Virus record (IMG/VR): IMGVR_UViG_3300045995_000532
Coordinates: 38,679 to 102,678 of that record
Length of the DNA stretch: 64,000 bases
Reading direction: 5' to 3' (one strand)
Source of the DNA: a virus
The notes beneath the pieces are model-generated. The model had not been told where the DNA came from and searched no databases. It was given only the letters and a program-made list of their open reading frames with translations. The position numbers and the translations under genes were made by a program. Positions within the stretch are counted from its first letter, which is position 1; every line of letters begins with the position of its first letter. Below, one piece after another: positions 17,850-29,000 of this stretch.

Positions 17850-18760
17850 GCGAGCGTGAAGTCCGCGGGAACGGACTCCCCGAGCGTGTTGACGGCGACG
17901 ACACGGGCGGCCACCAGCCCGGCCGGAACTGTTGCCGACGTCTCGCCGGCGGGAACCTTGTACTCAACCACCGCGCCTGCTGTGTCCAAGGTGGTGACAA
18001 CGTAGCCGGTGATCGCTGATCCACCATTCGCGGGCGATCCCCACGAGCACAACCGCGGAGCGCCCAGGGTTCGGACACGCAAGAATACGGTTGCGCCACT
18101 TCCCCCTGGAGTGAGGTTGGCAAACATGTCAGCCGAGTTGACCGCGGTGGTTACTGTGCCGGTGTCTGCCCGGAAATAGCCGCGGTTTCCGGTGGCGTGC
18201 GAATGTTCTAGAACAGGAACGTCCGCAGTCGTGCATTGCACCATCGAAATATCATCTCCGATACGCGCGTCAGTCCACACAGAAGCATCATTCGCAGACG
18301 AAGAGATCGCAATGACAAAGTCGCCCAACGCCGCCTGCAACCCGGGAGTGGCATACCAGTAGGTGTTGACTCCGGCCGATTCGGCACTCAGCCCCAAGAT
18401 CGCCCCCCACGGCGCGGCGGTTCGATAAGCGGCAATTATGAACGCGAAGGGACCGCCGGTGGCGGCCGACAAGGGTTGGCTAATCGCAGTTTCCGACGCC
18501 GTAGCGATCTTCCACCAAATCTCTGCGCCGGCTGGCCCTACACCGGCGCCATAAGTTCCCCCGCCACCGCTGATGCTAGCCCCCTGAGTGAAACCGCAGG
18601 CAGCAAAGGCGGATGACACTGCAACCGGTCGGCCCCACGCCATCGCGACGAGTAGATCACCGGCCTGCCACCCCGCCGGCAACGCGATGTCGAGGGTACC
18701 AGTCGGCCCATCGGACCAGCAGGGAGTTCCTGCGCTGACTAGCGTGATCGCAGCGGGCAT
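17846..18760 (-). CDS. Virion protein with a C-terminal fibronectin type III-like segment
   Basis: SWGSPANGGSAITGYVV...RVVAVNTLGES FN3 pattern. Confidence 0.75.
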   Translation of the reverse strand: MPAAITLVSAGTPCWSDGPTGTLDIALPAGWQAGDLLVAMAWGRPVAVSSAFAACGFTQGASISGGGGTYGAGVGPAGAEIWWKIATASETAISQPLSAATGGPFAFIIAAYRTAAPWGAILGLSAESAGVNTYWYATPGLQAALGDFVIAISSSANDASVWTDARIGDDISMVQCTTADVPVLEHSHATGNRGYFRADTGTVTTAVNSADMFANLTPGGSGATVFLRVRTLGAPRLCSWGSPANGGSAITGYVVTTLDTAGAVVEYKVPAGETSATVPAGLVAARVVAVNTLGESVPADFTLA

Positions 18761-18761
18761 A

Positions 18762-19934
18762 TCAAACCACCGTCAGGTTGATGGGGGCCGCAGGTGGGCC
18801 AGGGAAGAGTGTCGGCGTGGTCGCCAACGAGCCGTCATCTTGGACGTGGACGGCGAACCGTGATCCGTTCGGGCTGGTCAGGATCGTCGTAGCCGGCGCG
18901 CCACCGCCAAGTTCGACCCATACGCCAGACCGCTTGGCGTGAAGCACTGAACCGACGATGAGTGGGTAGCTCTCCGGGTAACCTGCTGGATCCGGCAAGG
19001 ACAGCGCGGTGTCGAGCGTGAACGACATGAAGCGCATATTCATGTCGGAGCTCATCGGCTTTCCGGTCACTGCCGGCATACCGGTGTCGCGCCAAGTACG
19101 CACCAGAGGCGTGGCCAGGTCCCATTCAGACGTTCGCTCGACAACCTCATGCACAAGGCTCGCCGAGGAGTAGATCCCTGGATACACGGTGCGGTACAGC
19201 CGCCACGACCGTGCCGCGGTCAGATCAATGGCGGCCGAAAGTGTGACGTTGACGGCATAGGACCGGATGCCGGTGTTCACCTGCGGAGGAGAGTTGCCGG
19301 GATCAGAACTGCACGGGTCAGCGGGGACAGTACCCAGGTCGGTGTAGGTGGTCGTCGGAGAGTTGACGATCGCGATCCTGGTGTACCCGGGCTCCGTGGT
19401 GCCCATGCGCCAGATCCGAAAGGAATCAGCAGCCCCATACGCGGGCAGGTCGAGGACGACCTTCGTGTCGCCAGCCTGCAACCCGATGACGACCGCGGGC
19501 CCGAGCGGCGTCTCCTCGGTGCCCTTGATGGCCGTCAGCCCGTAGTAGTAGATGCCCGGCGTGAGCGTACCGGTTCCTTGGCCGCTGGACAAGCCGGGCA
19601 TACCTGGAGAGACAAGAAGTGCAGGTGTGACGAGCTCGGCCTCAGCACTGGCTACCGACTCGTTGCCGAACTCGTCCACAACTGCGTACCGGTAGAAGTA
19701 CGAGAACCCGCCCTGCATGACGCCTGCCCCCAGCAGCAAGCCGGTAGTAGGCGCTGGATCCGTCGCCCCGGTATCCGCCCGAACCCTGTAGTGATGGTCG
19801 TGAGCTTCTACTGCGGCGAGAAGCCGGTCCAAAGTCAACCTGTCTAGGCCGGTGAACTTCTGCCCGTCCTCGTTGATGGTTCCCGGGACAGATCCGCCAA
19901 AGTGCGACAATTTGAAACGCGGGGTCAGGCCCAT
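18762..19934 (-). CDS. Minor tail protein
   Basis: Position in the tail-tip cluster; Y.YRYAVVD..GNES and GIYYY...A...ET beta-rich repeats. Confidence 0.75.
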   Translation of the reverse strand: MGLTPRFKLSHFGGSVPGTINEDGQKFTGLDRLTLDRLLAAVEAHDHHYRVRADTGATDPAPTTGLLLGAGVMQGGFSYFYRYAVVDEFGNESVASAEAELVTPALLVSPGMPGLSSGQGTGTLTPGIYYYGLTAIKGTEETPLGPAVVIGLQAGDTKVVLDLPAYGAADSFRIWRMGTTEPGYTRIAIVNSPTTTYTDLGTVPADPCSSDPGNSPPQVNTGIRSYAVNVTLSAAIDLTAARSWRLYRTVYPGIYSSASLVHEVVERTSEWDLATPLVRTWRDTGMPAVTGKPMSSDMNMRFMSFTLDTALSLPDPAGYPESYPLIVGSVLHAKRSGVWVELGGGAPATTILTSPNGSRFAVHVQDDGSLATTPTLFPGPPAAPINLTVV

Positions 19935-20380
19935 CAGAGTCCTCCAAAACCAGTTGGTCGAGTTTCAAGAACCTGAGCATCCGTCGAGACTTCCTGGCCC
20001 AAGTCTTTATATGCGATGCCCGCGAAGATGAAATGATGTTGTAGGACTGCCCCGATCGAGCCAGACTTGACGCCAATATAGACGTAGGCGCCGATGTAGT
20101 TCCCCTTAGGGTTGCGGTGCCACTGCCAGACGCCTGTGTTGCAGTCGGGGATCCACCCGCTGCTCGAGTCGTAGTCGGTTCTGATCGCGGTGCTTGTCGC
20201 GATCGCGGGCGGCGCCATGAACGCGACCTCGAACATAATCGGCTCAGCGATTCGCACCGAGGTCGTGCCCTTTGTGTCGATGGTGTGCGTCGAAAAGGCC
20301 AGCCGTGCGGAGTTCTGCTGCTGGGCCGCTCGAGCAGCGTTGCCGGACTCCTGGGCGACGATCAGGTCGAAGAACCCCAT
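19934..20380 (-). CDS. Minor tail protein
   Basis: TGATG-coupled, tail-tip synteny. Confidence 0.7.
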   Translation of the reverse strand: MGFFDLIVAQESGNAARAAQQQNSARLAFSTHTIDTKGTTSVRIAEPIMFEVAFMAPPAIATSTAIRTDYDSSSGWIPDCNTGVWQWHRNPKGNYIGAYVYIGVKSGSIGAVLQHHFIFAGIAYKDLGQEVSTDAQVLETRPTGFGGL

Positions 20381-22659
20381 CAGGGCGTCTCCCCCAGTCC
20401 GCCACGGGACCACTCGGGGCCGCCCTGAAGAGTGTCGACGTAAGCGATCGTCGTGGAGTTCAACGTAGCCTTGTCCATCGCCCATTTTCCGTCGGGGTCG
20501 TCACCGAGCCAGTATGTGGCCAACGTGTACTCCCAGTTGCCGCTCGACAGGTCGTTGTTGCTGCTGATGCCCTTGACGTAGTGGACGAACCCTTCCGAGG
20601 TGGTGCGCTCGAAGACCTGGATCTGGTCGTCGATCTGGATCCCTGGGAACGCAGAGATGATGACCCGGTCTTGGCGGTACGTGAAGAGTTGGCGGACGGC
20701 GATCAGGTCGGCCATCACGCGCGCCTCGCCGATGTTCGCCAGGTGCTGGTCGGTCCATCCGGAGATGCGCCGCATGCCGGTCGGGTTGGGGTTGTAGCCG
20801 CCGACCATTGCCCCCAGCTTCCCCACCTCGTTGGCAACAAAGATCCCCTCACGAACGTTGCGCGACTGGATCGAAGCGTCCAGACCAAGAAGCACCTGGC
20901 GCTCGTCGATAGTGAACAAGCGGTTCGTACGGCCCGGGTTGGGTGCCATTCCGCCGATCCAATTGCCCTTCGACCAAATATTCGGCATGCGCCATTGAGC
21001 CGCGCCGGTCTCGTCAATGAAGAATATAAACCCCACCATATCAGCCACGTAGCGAATCGTGTCAGCAAGACTTTTCTTATCAAAGTTCGCCGCGGTCATC
21101 TGCTCCGGAGGTGCCGTTCCTGTCTGTAGAAAATCACCCCAGACGCGACCCGGGACAACAGCACCCAGCACATCGGTATCCGGGCAAGCCGGAGCGAGAA
21201 GGTGCCGGCTTCCGTCGCTGTGCAACTGATAGGAGTCCGACGGCCAGTAAAGCCCTGCCCACGCGCAGCAGAGCTTCACTATGTCCGTAAAATCCAGGAT
21301 CATGCCGGGGTTCGACCCTGCCGGCCCCGGCGTAAGGTTGACCTGGGAAATGTCGGTAACAACATTGGAGCGATTGACCGGGCCCCACGCGGCAACCTCA
21401 CGGATCCCCGCACGGTACTTCTGCCCCGGCAATCCGAAGTCCTGCAAGTTGCCGAGCCATAAACGGACCAACTGAACCTCGGCGATCGGACCAATCTCGA
21501 TGACATGCTCTCCCTCACCGCCCAAGCCGCCCACCGACGCCACGTATGGAACTCCGACTTCATACCGGCCACGACCGTCCCGCTCGTAGGGCATCCGCGC
21601 CCCCCCCACCCAGGCCCCGCCCACCTTCACGGAGATGTACGCGTTGTAGCCGGAGCCAACAGTCCAGAAGCGAACCTGCGAGACGGTGCCGGAGACTGCG
21701 AAGTCGACGTACTCGTACGCGGAGCGATACCCCGACGACGCGTTGCCGACGCTGAGCCAATAGCTTGCTGGGTTGTTATCGAACGCCTCCGCCAACGCAT
21801 GCCCATAGACCCTGGCCCCCACGTACGCACTCTCCGGCCACAGATCATCACCGCTGCCGACCGCGGACGCGGCCAGGCGTTCGGTGTTGTTCGTTGTCAC
21901 GGTCCGCTGAGTCTGGGTGGTGATCTTCTCCGACCAGTCACGGAACGTCGTCGGGTAGAAGTCGTCCGGGACGACGGGCAGGAAACTCATCTGATCCATG
22001 AGGAGTCGCCCCGTATCGCGACAGGTGCACGACAACGTGCCATCAGCGGAAAGCTTGACCTCATCGATCATCCAGACCCCGGTCAATGTCAGGTGCGGAT
22101 CAACCTCAGGTGCCACGCTGGCGTCAAACCCGTAGCCTTCAAATGTGCGTAAAATGTTGTCCGGCATCAGCATATTCACCCACTCGTTCGGGGTATGCCC
22201 CCAACGTGCGGAGAACTTCGCCGTGCCGCGGCCCGCCGTAAAATATCCGGGACGGTCCAGGTCCATGTTTTGTGGCTTCTGGCCCAGCGGCAGCGGCGAG
22301 GTGTTGTAGAACTCGATGGTGGCCGACGCGACGTCGGTGTCAGTGGAGCGTGACCAGGAGATGCTGGCGACGTTGGGGAGCTCCTTCGGCGCATCCTCAG
22401 CCGTAAACAAGAAGTCGGCGTACGTGTTAGTGATGGGCTCACCGTGGGTGGGGTCAATCCCTGACGGGTACGGGTTGAACGACGGTACGTCGCCGCCGAA
22501 GATGGCCGGCACCCGGCGGAACGTCGACTGCATCGCGAACGTGTCCAGACGCATCTTCGGGTGCTGCACGGTGACCCGCCCGAACGGGCGCCGCTTGCTC
22601 CCCGTATAGTCCCCCGAGCGCCAGATCTTCTCCATGTCGTCCGGCAGGTTGCCCCTCAC
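20380..22659 (-). CDS. Large minor tail protein (Tal/hub-like)
   Basis: Second gene after the tape measure; DTGRLL.DQ...GFIFFIDETG..Q hub-like pattern. Confidence 0.75.
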   Translation of the reverse strand: MRGNLPDDMEKIWRSGDYTGSKRRPFGRVTVQHPKMRLDTFAMQSTFRRVPAIFGGDVPSFNPYPSGIDPTHGEPITNTYADFLFTAEDAPKELPNVASISWSRSTDTDVASATIEFYNTSPLPLGQKPQNMDLDRPGYFTAGRGTAKFSARWGHTPNEWVNMLMPDNILRTFEGYGFDASVAPEVDPHLTLTGVWMIDEVKLSADGTLSCTCRDTGRLLMDQMSFLPVVPDDFYPTTFRDWSEKITTQTQRTVTTNNTERLAASAVGSGDDLWPESAYVGARVYGHALAEAFDNNPASYWLSVGNASSGYRSAYEYVDFAVSGTVSQVRFWTVGSGYNAYISVKVGGAWVGGARMPYERDGRGRYEVGVPYVASVGGLGGEGEHVIEIGPIAEVQLVRLWLGNLQDFGLPGQKYRAGIREVAAWGPVNRSNVVTDISQVNLTPGPAGSNPGMILDFTDIVKLCCAWAGLYWPSDSYQLHSDGSRHLLAPACPDTDVLGAVVPGRVWGDFLQTGTAPPEQMTAANFDKKSLADTIRYVADMVGFIFFIDETGAAQWRMPNIWSKGNWIGGMAPNPGRTNRLFTIDERQVLLGLDASIQSRNVREGIFVANEVGKLGAMVGGYNPNPTGMRRISGWTDQHLANIGEARVMADLIAVRQLFTYRQDRVIISAFPGIQIDDQIQVFERTTSEGFVHYVKGISSNNDLSSGNWEYTLATYWLGDDPDGKWAMDKATLNSTTIAYVDTLQGGPEWSRGGLGETP

Positions 22660-23090
22660 GGCGTCGGCCCCCCGTCGCCGACAGTTGCACTGGACACCGA
22701 GATGACGATGGCCGTGATGGTGTACGTGTGATACCAGTAGCGACCCACGCGCATCTTGTCCCCCGGATCCGGTTTGAACTCCTGCAGCACAAGAATGAGC
22801 CGACGCCCGAAATGGTCCCAGAGGAACAGCCTGCCTTGGCGGTCGTAGACCCAAGACCGCAACGCCTCATAATGGGCAGCATCCTTGATGGCCCCCGTGA
22901 ACGACCAGCTGGACGGCTGGCGCATCCCCTCCCACATGAGCACCTGCCCGTCGACGGCCGTCGTGCCCTTGGAGGTGATCGTGCGGATCGGGAACGGCGA
23001 CGTCATGGCGTGCGGGTTCCACGCGAACGTGTACGTGCCGGCCGGCGTCGGATCACTAGGATCCTGGAACTTCCAGCGGAGGACGCCCAT
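22656..23090 (-). CDS. Putative distal tail (Dit-like) protein
   Basis: First gene after the tape measure; size and synteny. Confidence 0.65.
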   Translation of the reverse strand: MGVLRWKFQDPSDPTPAGTYTFAWNPHAMTSPFPIRTITSKGTTAVDGQVLMWEGMRQPSSWSFTGAIKDAAHYEALRSWVYDRQGRLFLWDHFGRRLILVLQEFKPDPGDKMRVGRYWYHTYTITAIVISVSSATVGDGGPTP

Positions 23091-26000
23091 CAGATCTTCC
23101 TTCCGGTGGAGGCCATGACGACCTGCGCGCCAGCCCCGAGATACGTCTTCAGGTACTCGACCACCTGCTCGAGCGGGGCGCCGTTGATGTTCACCACGTT
23201 GTTCGAGTTGGAGTAGTCACCCACCTGGGTGGGCGCGCCCGACTGCATGGCACGGCGCACCTCGTAAATGGTGGGCAGCTTGATGTCCCCGATGTTGAAC
23301 TGCCCCTGCAGCGCGTCGCCCGCCGACTTCAGCAGCTTGTCAACCTGGTCGAGATCTTCCTGCTGCTGGCGGGTCTTCACGGCGATTGCCGCCAGCCGGT
23401 CATGCTCGCTCTGCAGGTAGCCGATGTACGCCGTGTGGGTGATCCGACCCAGGTCTTCAGCGGTCTGCAGGTCGGAGATGCGCTGGCTGAACGCCGCCTG
23501 CTCTGCCGATGCCTGCGTGTGCTTCAAGTCCAGGGAGTCCTGGCTGAGTGTGTCGACACCCTGCCCAGATGCCCGATCTGCAGCGAGCTGGTCCTGGGCC
23601 TTCTTGACATCGTTGATCGCCTGCGCCACTGGGTCAGTGATGTCCGACCCCAGCTGGCGGAGCCGGTCTACCTGGTCGCGTTCCTGCTGAGCGAACTCAG
23701 CCTTCGCCTCCACCAGCGCAGTCGACGCGTTCCAGTAGTCCTCAGTGCCCACCCTCGTCAGACCCAGATTCCGCGTCGCAATCTCGATACCAACCTTGGC
23801 CTTGTCGATGCCGGACCGGTCGCCGGCGATCGAGTGGCTGTCGACCGAGTTGGCGATCCCAACCACATTTGCGGCCTGCTGAAGGTTCAGTTGCGTGATC
23901 TGGTCCCGATACTGGCCCGCCTGCGCATCCCCCGCCGGCAACTGAGCCATCAAGTTTTGCGTGTTGGCGATCTCCTGGGCTGTCCGGGCGAGCTTGTCGC
24001 GAGGGTCAATGTTGGCCATCCGGTTGGCATTTTGCCCGGCGATGACGGCGCTTACGTACGCGTACTGAGCGTCCGTGACCGCCTTCTGTCCTGCCGAAAA
24101 AGCGGCCGTATCCTTCGTGAGCACCGTCAGTGCGAGCTTGGCGTTATCTAGTGAGGCGGCCGCCATGCCAATCGAGTCGCCAGGGTTGATGTTCTTCAGG
24201 TTATTGTTCTGCTGCCGGCTCAGCGACTCCATCTTGTCGCTGTAGTCCTTCGTGTTCTGAGCTTGCTGGGTAGCCATCTCCCCGGCGGCAAGTTGGGAGT
24301 TCAGTGCGGCAACCCGGTCCGCCGCAGATTGTTCGATCGCGGCCTGCGCGGCTGCCGCTTTTTTATATGGGCGAGAATCGTTGTCGTTTAACTTCCCTTT
24401 TGGCCACGGATTTTGCGCCAATTGAGCCTCAGTGTCTGAGGAGATCTTCGCCATACCTTCACTGCGAATGTTAGCTTGCTGCGTTCTTTCTGCATCGAGA
24501 ACAGACTGGTCAATTGCGTTCGCGCCGTGGATGTTGTCTGGAGTCAGATAAGACTTCTGCATGCCTGCAGCCGCCTGTAGATCGGTTACATTTGCATTGT
24601 ACACGGCTACCTGCCCGGCGGTAACCTGGGCACCCGCGTGAGTCAGAATCCTTGCATCCTTCTCAGTCACGTAAGGGTGACTTTTGATGATCTTAGTCGC
24701 CTTGTCTTGCGCTTCTTGTAGGCCTTTAAGACCTACTGCTGCGCCCTGCGACTTACTGCCCGTATCAGCCTCAACTCCAGCTGCGGCTGCCGCTGCCTGG
24801 GTCGCCAACCCGTCAAAGATTATCGCTGCGTCGAGCTTTTGAGGACTGTATGTTTTCAACATCTCAGTGATCTTTTCCCCGACGAGCGAGTTTAGTTTTG
24901 CTTTTCCCTCCGGCGTCAGGCCAGGCGCCGCTTTATCTGCTACGTCCTGCGACGTCGCAATAAGCGTATTCAGCTCATCCGGGGTAATGACGTTATCTGC
25001 AAGAACAGACTGAAGGCGTGATGAAATATTTCTTTGAATTGCGTCAGATACTGCTTTGCTCTGATCTGCGCTCAATAGCGTTGCGTCAGAGTTGCCTTGA
25101 GCTTCCGCTGCCATCTTCACAGTCTTATACTGATCAGCCCCAGGAGGCGGGCCAGCAGGATCAACCTGCCCATTCGGAAGATACCTAGTGGCAGCAAGAG
25201 GATCGGGCGTGACGTTACTCGCGAAGAATCCGGCCGTATCGCCAATTGCAGAAAGTGTTGCAGAACCGATGTCAAGAACCAGTTGATCTCGCTGCGCAGG
25301 TGAAACGACAGCGACGGCATTCGGAGTACCGTTGGCACTATCAACGATATCGCCAATCGCCTTGTTAAGTACCTCGAGCGACTGCGCCGCAGTATAGGAT
25401 TTCGTTTTTAGTATGTCCAACCCGGCAGTAATACCCTCAGCGCTAAAGTCACCGTTGAAAACACCGTCACCCTCGGTAGCCTTCGTATGTGCCCTGTCGT
25501 ATGCCGCTGCACGTTCTGACTGAAAGACCGACTGCTTCTTCAATTCGCCATAGTCGGCGCCGGTCGTAATCGTTGCGATGGCCGCCGACGGAGCTCCGAG
25601 GATGTTGCTCCACGACATCGTGGTCATCTTCTCGAGTTCCTTCGCGGCATTTTCCGCGGCAGCTGCAGCGTCCCTCATTTTTTGGCCCGAGTCGGCCGCC
25701 GCTCCCTGGAGACTTACGTCCACGACTGCCTGGTCGGCCGTTTGCTTGTTCTGATAGCCGGCTACCGCCAGGCCTGCCACGATTGCGCCCGCGATGACAG
25801 CAGCGCCCTGGGGCGTGATCGCCAACGCCCACGCCTTTCGCAGCAGGCCGGGACCGCTTGCTGCAGCACCCACCACGGCCGCTTCCCGCGCAACCGAACT
25901 CCCGGCAACCGCAGGAGCGGCGCTTGCCGCAGCGGCCGCCACAGACCGCTCTGCCTGGAGAGCAGCGGTGGCGCTGCGGCGAGCCGCCAAGGCCTCAGTC

Positions 26001-29000
26001 TCGGCATTCATGGCGGCGTACCCGGAAGCCTGCGGCCTGGACGCAGAGGCAACGTAGACCGGCGGCAACGCCGTCGCCGCCGCGCGACCTTGATTCCATG
26101 CCGTCGCCGCATTTGCTTCAGCACTTGCCGTCCCGCCAAAGCGATTCCGCAAAGAGGCAAACATGGTGGACGGCACAAGTATCGGCGCAGTCGCGGCCGC
26201 CGCACCTACTACTGCACGCTCAGTAGCAACAGCAACTTGCGTACTTCGATAACCAATTCCTCCGACAGCCTGGACAGCTCTCGTAACCATTCCGGCTGGC
26301 GCCAACTTTTGAAAAAGGAGTGCCGCCAGGTAGATCTCACCTAGCGCAAGGGCAATCGAGCGCATCGGTCGAGGAAGGAGGTTAAACACATTGAGCAAGT
26401 TGGTGCCGGCCACAAGAAGCTGCCGGGTGCCATCAATAATCAGAACAATCCAGTCCAAAATGCCAGTCCCCGTCAAGGAAATCCCAAACTCAAGGAACGT
26501 CGACCCAAGCTCCTTCAACCGTGACCCGATGTTCAACATCACCTCGTCGAACGCACGCTCCCCGTTGCCAGGATCGCTCGTCGATCCCTTGGCTAAAGCC
26601 TCGATCTGCGACCAGTTCTGCAAGGTGATCGTGGCGACCTGCTGAGAACCGCCCTTACCGAACGAAGCAGTGAAGTCGTTCGTCTGCGCCTGGGTCAGGT
26701 TCATCTTCGACATCGCCGCGAAAATCTCTTCGTTGTTCTTCAAGCCACTAGTGTCCAAGCCGGCAGCTTGTGCGGCCTTCGCCACCACCTGGAACTCGCG
26801 CGACATGACCTGACGGAACTGGCCCGCCGTTCCCTCAGGGTTCTGCCCCGTCGTGGCAGCAGTCTGGGCAACTATCGCCATCAACTGTTCCGGGCTGAAC
26901 CCGGCCGACTTACCCAGGGTCGCGATATTCGCGGTCGCCCCGAGAATCTCCGTCTGACCCTGGCCTGTGTGCTTGGCCATATAGGTGACGGCATCCTCAA
27001 GAACTGTGGCGCGTTCATTGCCCCACCCGAAAGCACGCAAGGCACCAGCGAGTTGAGTGTTAACCGTCAACGGATCCGCACCTGAAACCCGCGCCACACG
27101 CATAGCTATCGTGGTTGCATTTTTAGCGAGCGCCTCCTGCTGCTTCTGAGGAGCGTCCGCCACGCCATACAGACCCAGGGCCCGCGTACCCGCCTCGACG
27201 CCCACCGAAGGGGAAAACCCTGCTTGCGCCGCTGTTGCAGACAAAGATGAAGCAAGCCCGGCATTTTCTGCACGGTTGCGCCCGGTAGCAATATTGAGGT
27301 TCGTCAGCGCGCCCTCGTACGCAATGGTCTCCTGGGTGATCGACGCGAGTGCGTTTTGCAGCAGGGTCATTGCACGGTACGCGACACCATAGAACAGGGC
27401 AATGCGAGCCGTCTGGGCAACCATCTCGAAGAACGGCTTGCCGGGTTCTCCATTTGCACCGCCGCCCATCCCGAAGCCCTTTTTCAGTTGCTCCTTGATG
27501 CTCACCCGTGTTTCCATTGCTGGTAATTGCGCCAGCCAACCCGCGGAGTTCAAAGGTGGTACCAAAGGCTCGCCGTTAGCGCGAACTGCAGGGTCTCTAG
27601 GCTGGATATGCGCCATCCGGGCCGACATATCGATCCCGAAGTTCAGCCTAGCCTCAGCAGCAGTAGGGAGCGGATCGCCCTGGTTCCCAATACGCCGACT
27701 CGAACCGGGACCCGAAGCCGGATCGCTGTACCGAGTCTTGTTGGCCCGATACTGGGCTTTCATCTCCGCCCGGACGCGGCTGACTTCCTGCAGATCGGCG
27801 ATCTCTGCCGGATAGGCCTTCTTTAGCTGGCCCCTCAGGCCGTCCCATTGCACGGACGCGAACCGGGACGGCCCAGTATTCGTGCTCAGCGGTACTTCCC
27901 GCCCGATTGACTGCACCATGCCGTAGTTGCGCCGCGCAACCTGCGCGTTACTCGCCGCCTCGTCGAGTTTCGCCTTAGCGTTCGCCTCAACCCGCCGCGC
28001 AACACTCAGTGACTGAACCCCTGGCCCACTGACGGCACCCGACTCAATCTGCGTACGCCTTGAGACTGCCGACGCATAGGACTCCTGCGCCTTCGCGGCT
28101 GCCGCGTTGGCCTTGTCGAGGTCCATGAGTGAACGAGACTTCAGCAGCGGCCTCGGTACCGCCCCCGCGCGCACATCCGCGCGCCGCAGGGCCTCCTGAT
28201 CGGCGGCCGCCTGCGTCTGGGACGGGATCGCCCCAACCTGGCTGTCAACCCGGCTTTTCGCCTGACCGTTCAGGATCTGGCGCTGCTCCTCGAAGGTGAG
28301 CAGCTGATCCGGCGGGATCGCGGCGCGCCGCTCCGGGGTCAGCCCGCCCTCGGGATACCGGGTGGCCACCGCCTGCAACCGCTCAGCATCCGTCTGAGTA
28401 CGAGCACCCATCGGACGATTCACCCGTCGAGCTGCGATCTCCAACTTGAGCGCAGCGAGCTCCTCCGCGCGAACCTCGTTGCTCTCACGGATCGCCTTGG
28501 CCTCATTCGTGCGCAGGTCCTTAACCCGCTTGATTTCTGCCCGGTCATCCTCCCTGACGGCAGCGATGTCCAACTTGTTGGTCTTGTTGAACGCATCCAC
28601 CTCAGGTAGGGATATCCCGAACTGGGCAGACATCTCGCTGGCTGTGGCACCCTTGCCGCGGGCGGTGATCATGTCCTGCCGCTTGCCGGCGATCTCGGCT
28701 GCCCGTGTGCTGGCCTGGGTGGCCGCTGCATTCAGTGCATCAGCCGCGGCCTGCTGCTCGGCGACAGCGTCCTTATCGGCCTTTGCCTTAACGGCCGCAG
28801 CGTCCCTGGTGGCCTTGGTCTTGTCATCCTCCTTGGCGGAGGAAATTGCGACCCTGTTTTCCCTGTTGAATGCGGACACATCAGGTAGCGTCATCCCGAA
28901 CTTTGACGCCATCTCGCTTACTGTCGCACCGTTCGCGCGAGCAGTGATCATCTGCTGCTGCTGGGCAGCGGACATTTTCTTGGCGGCAGTGGCAGCGTCA

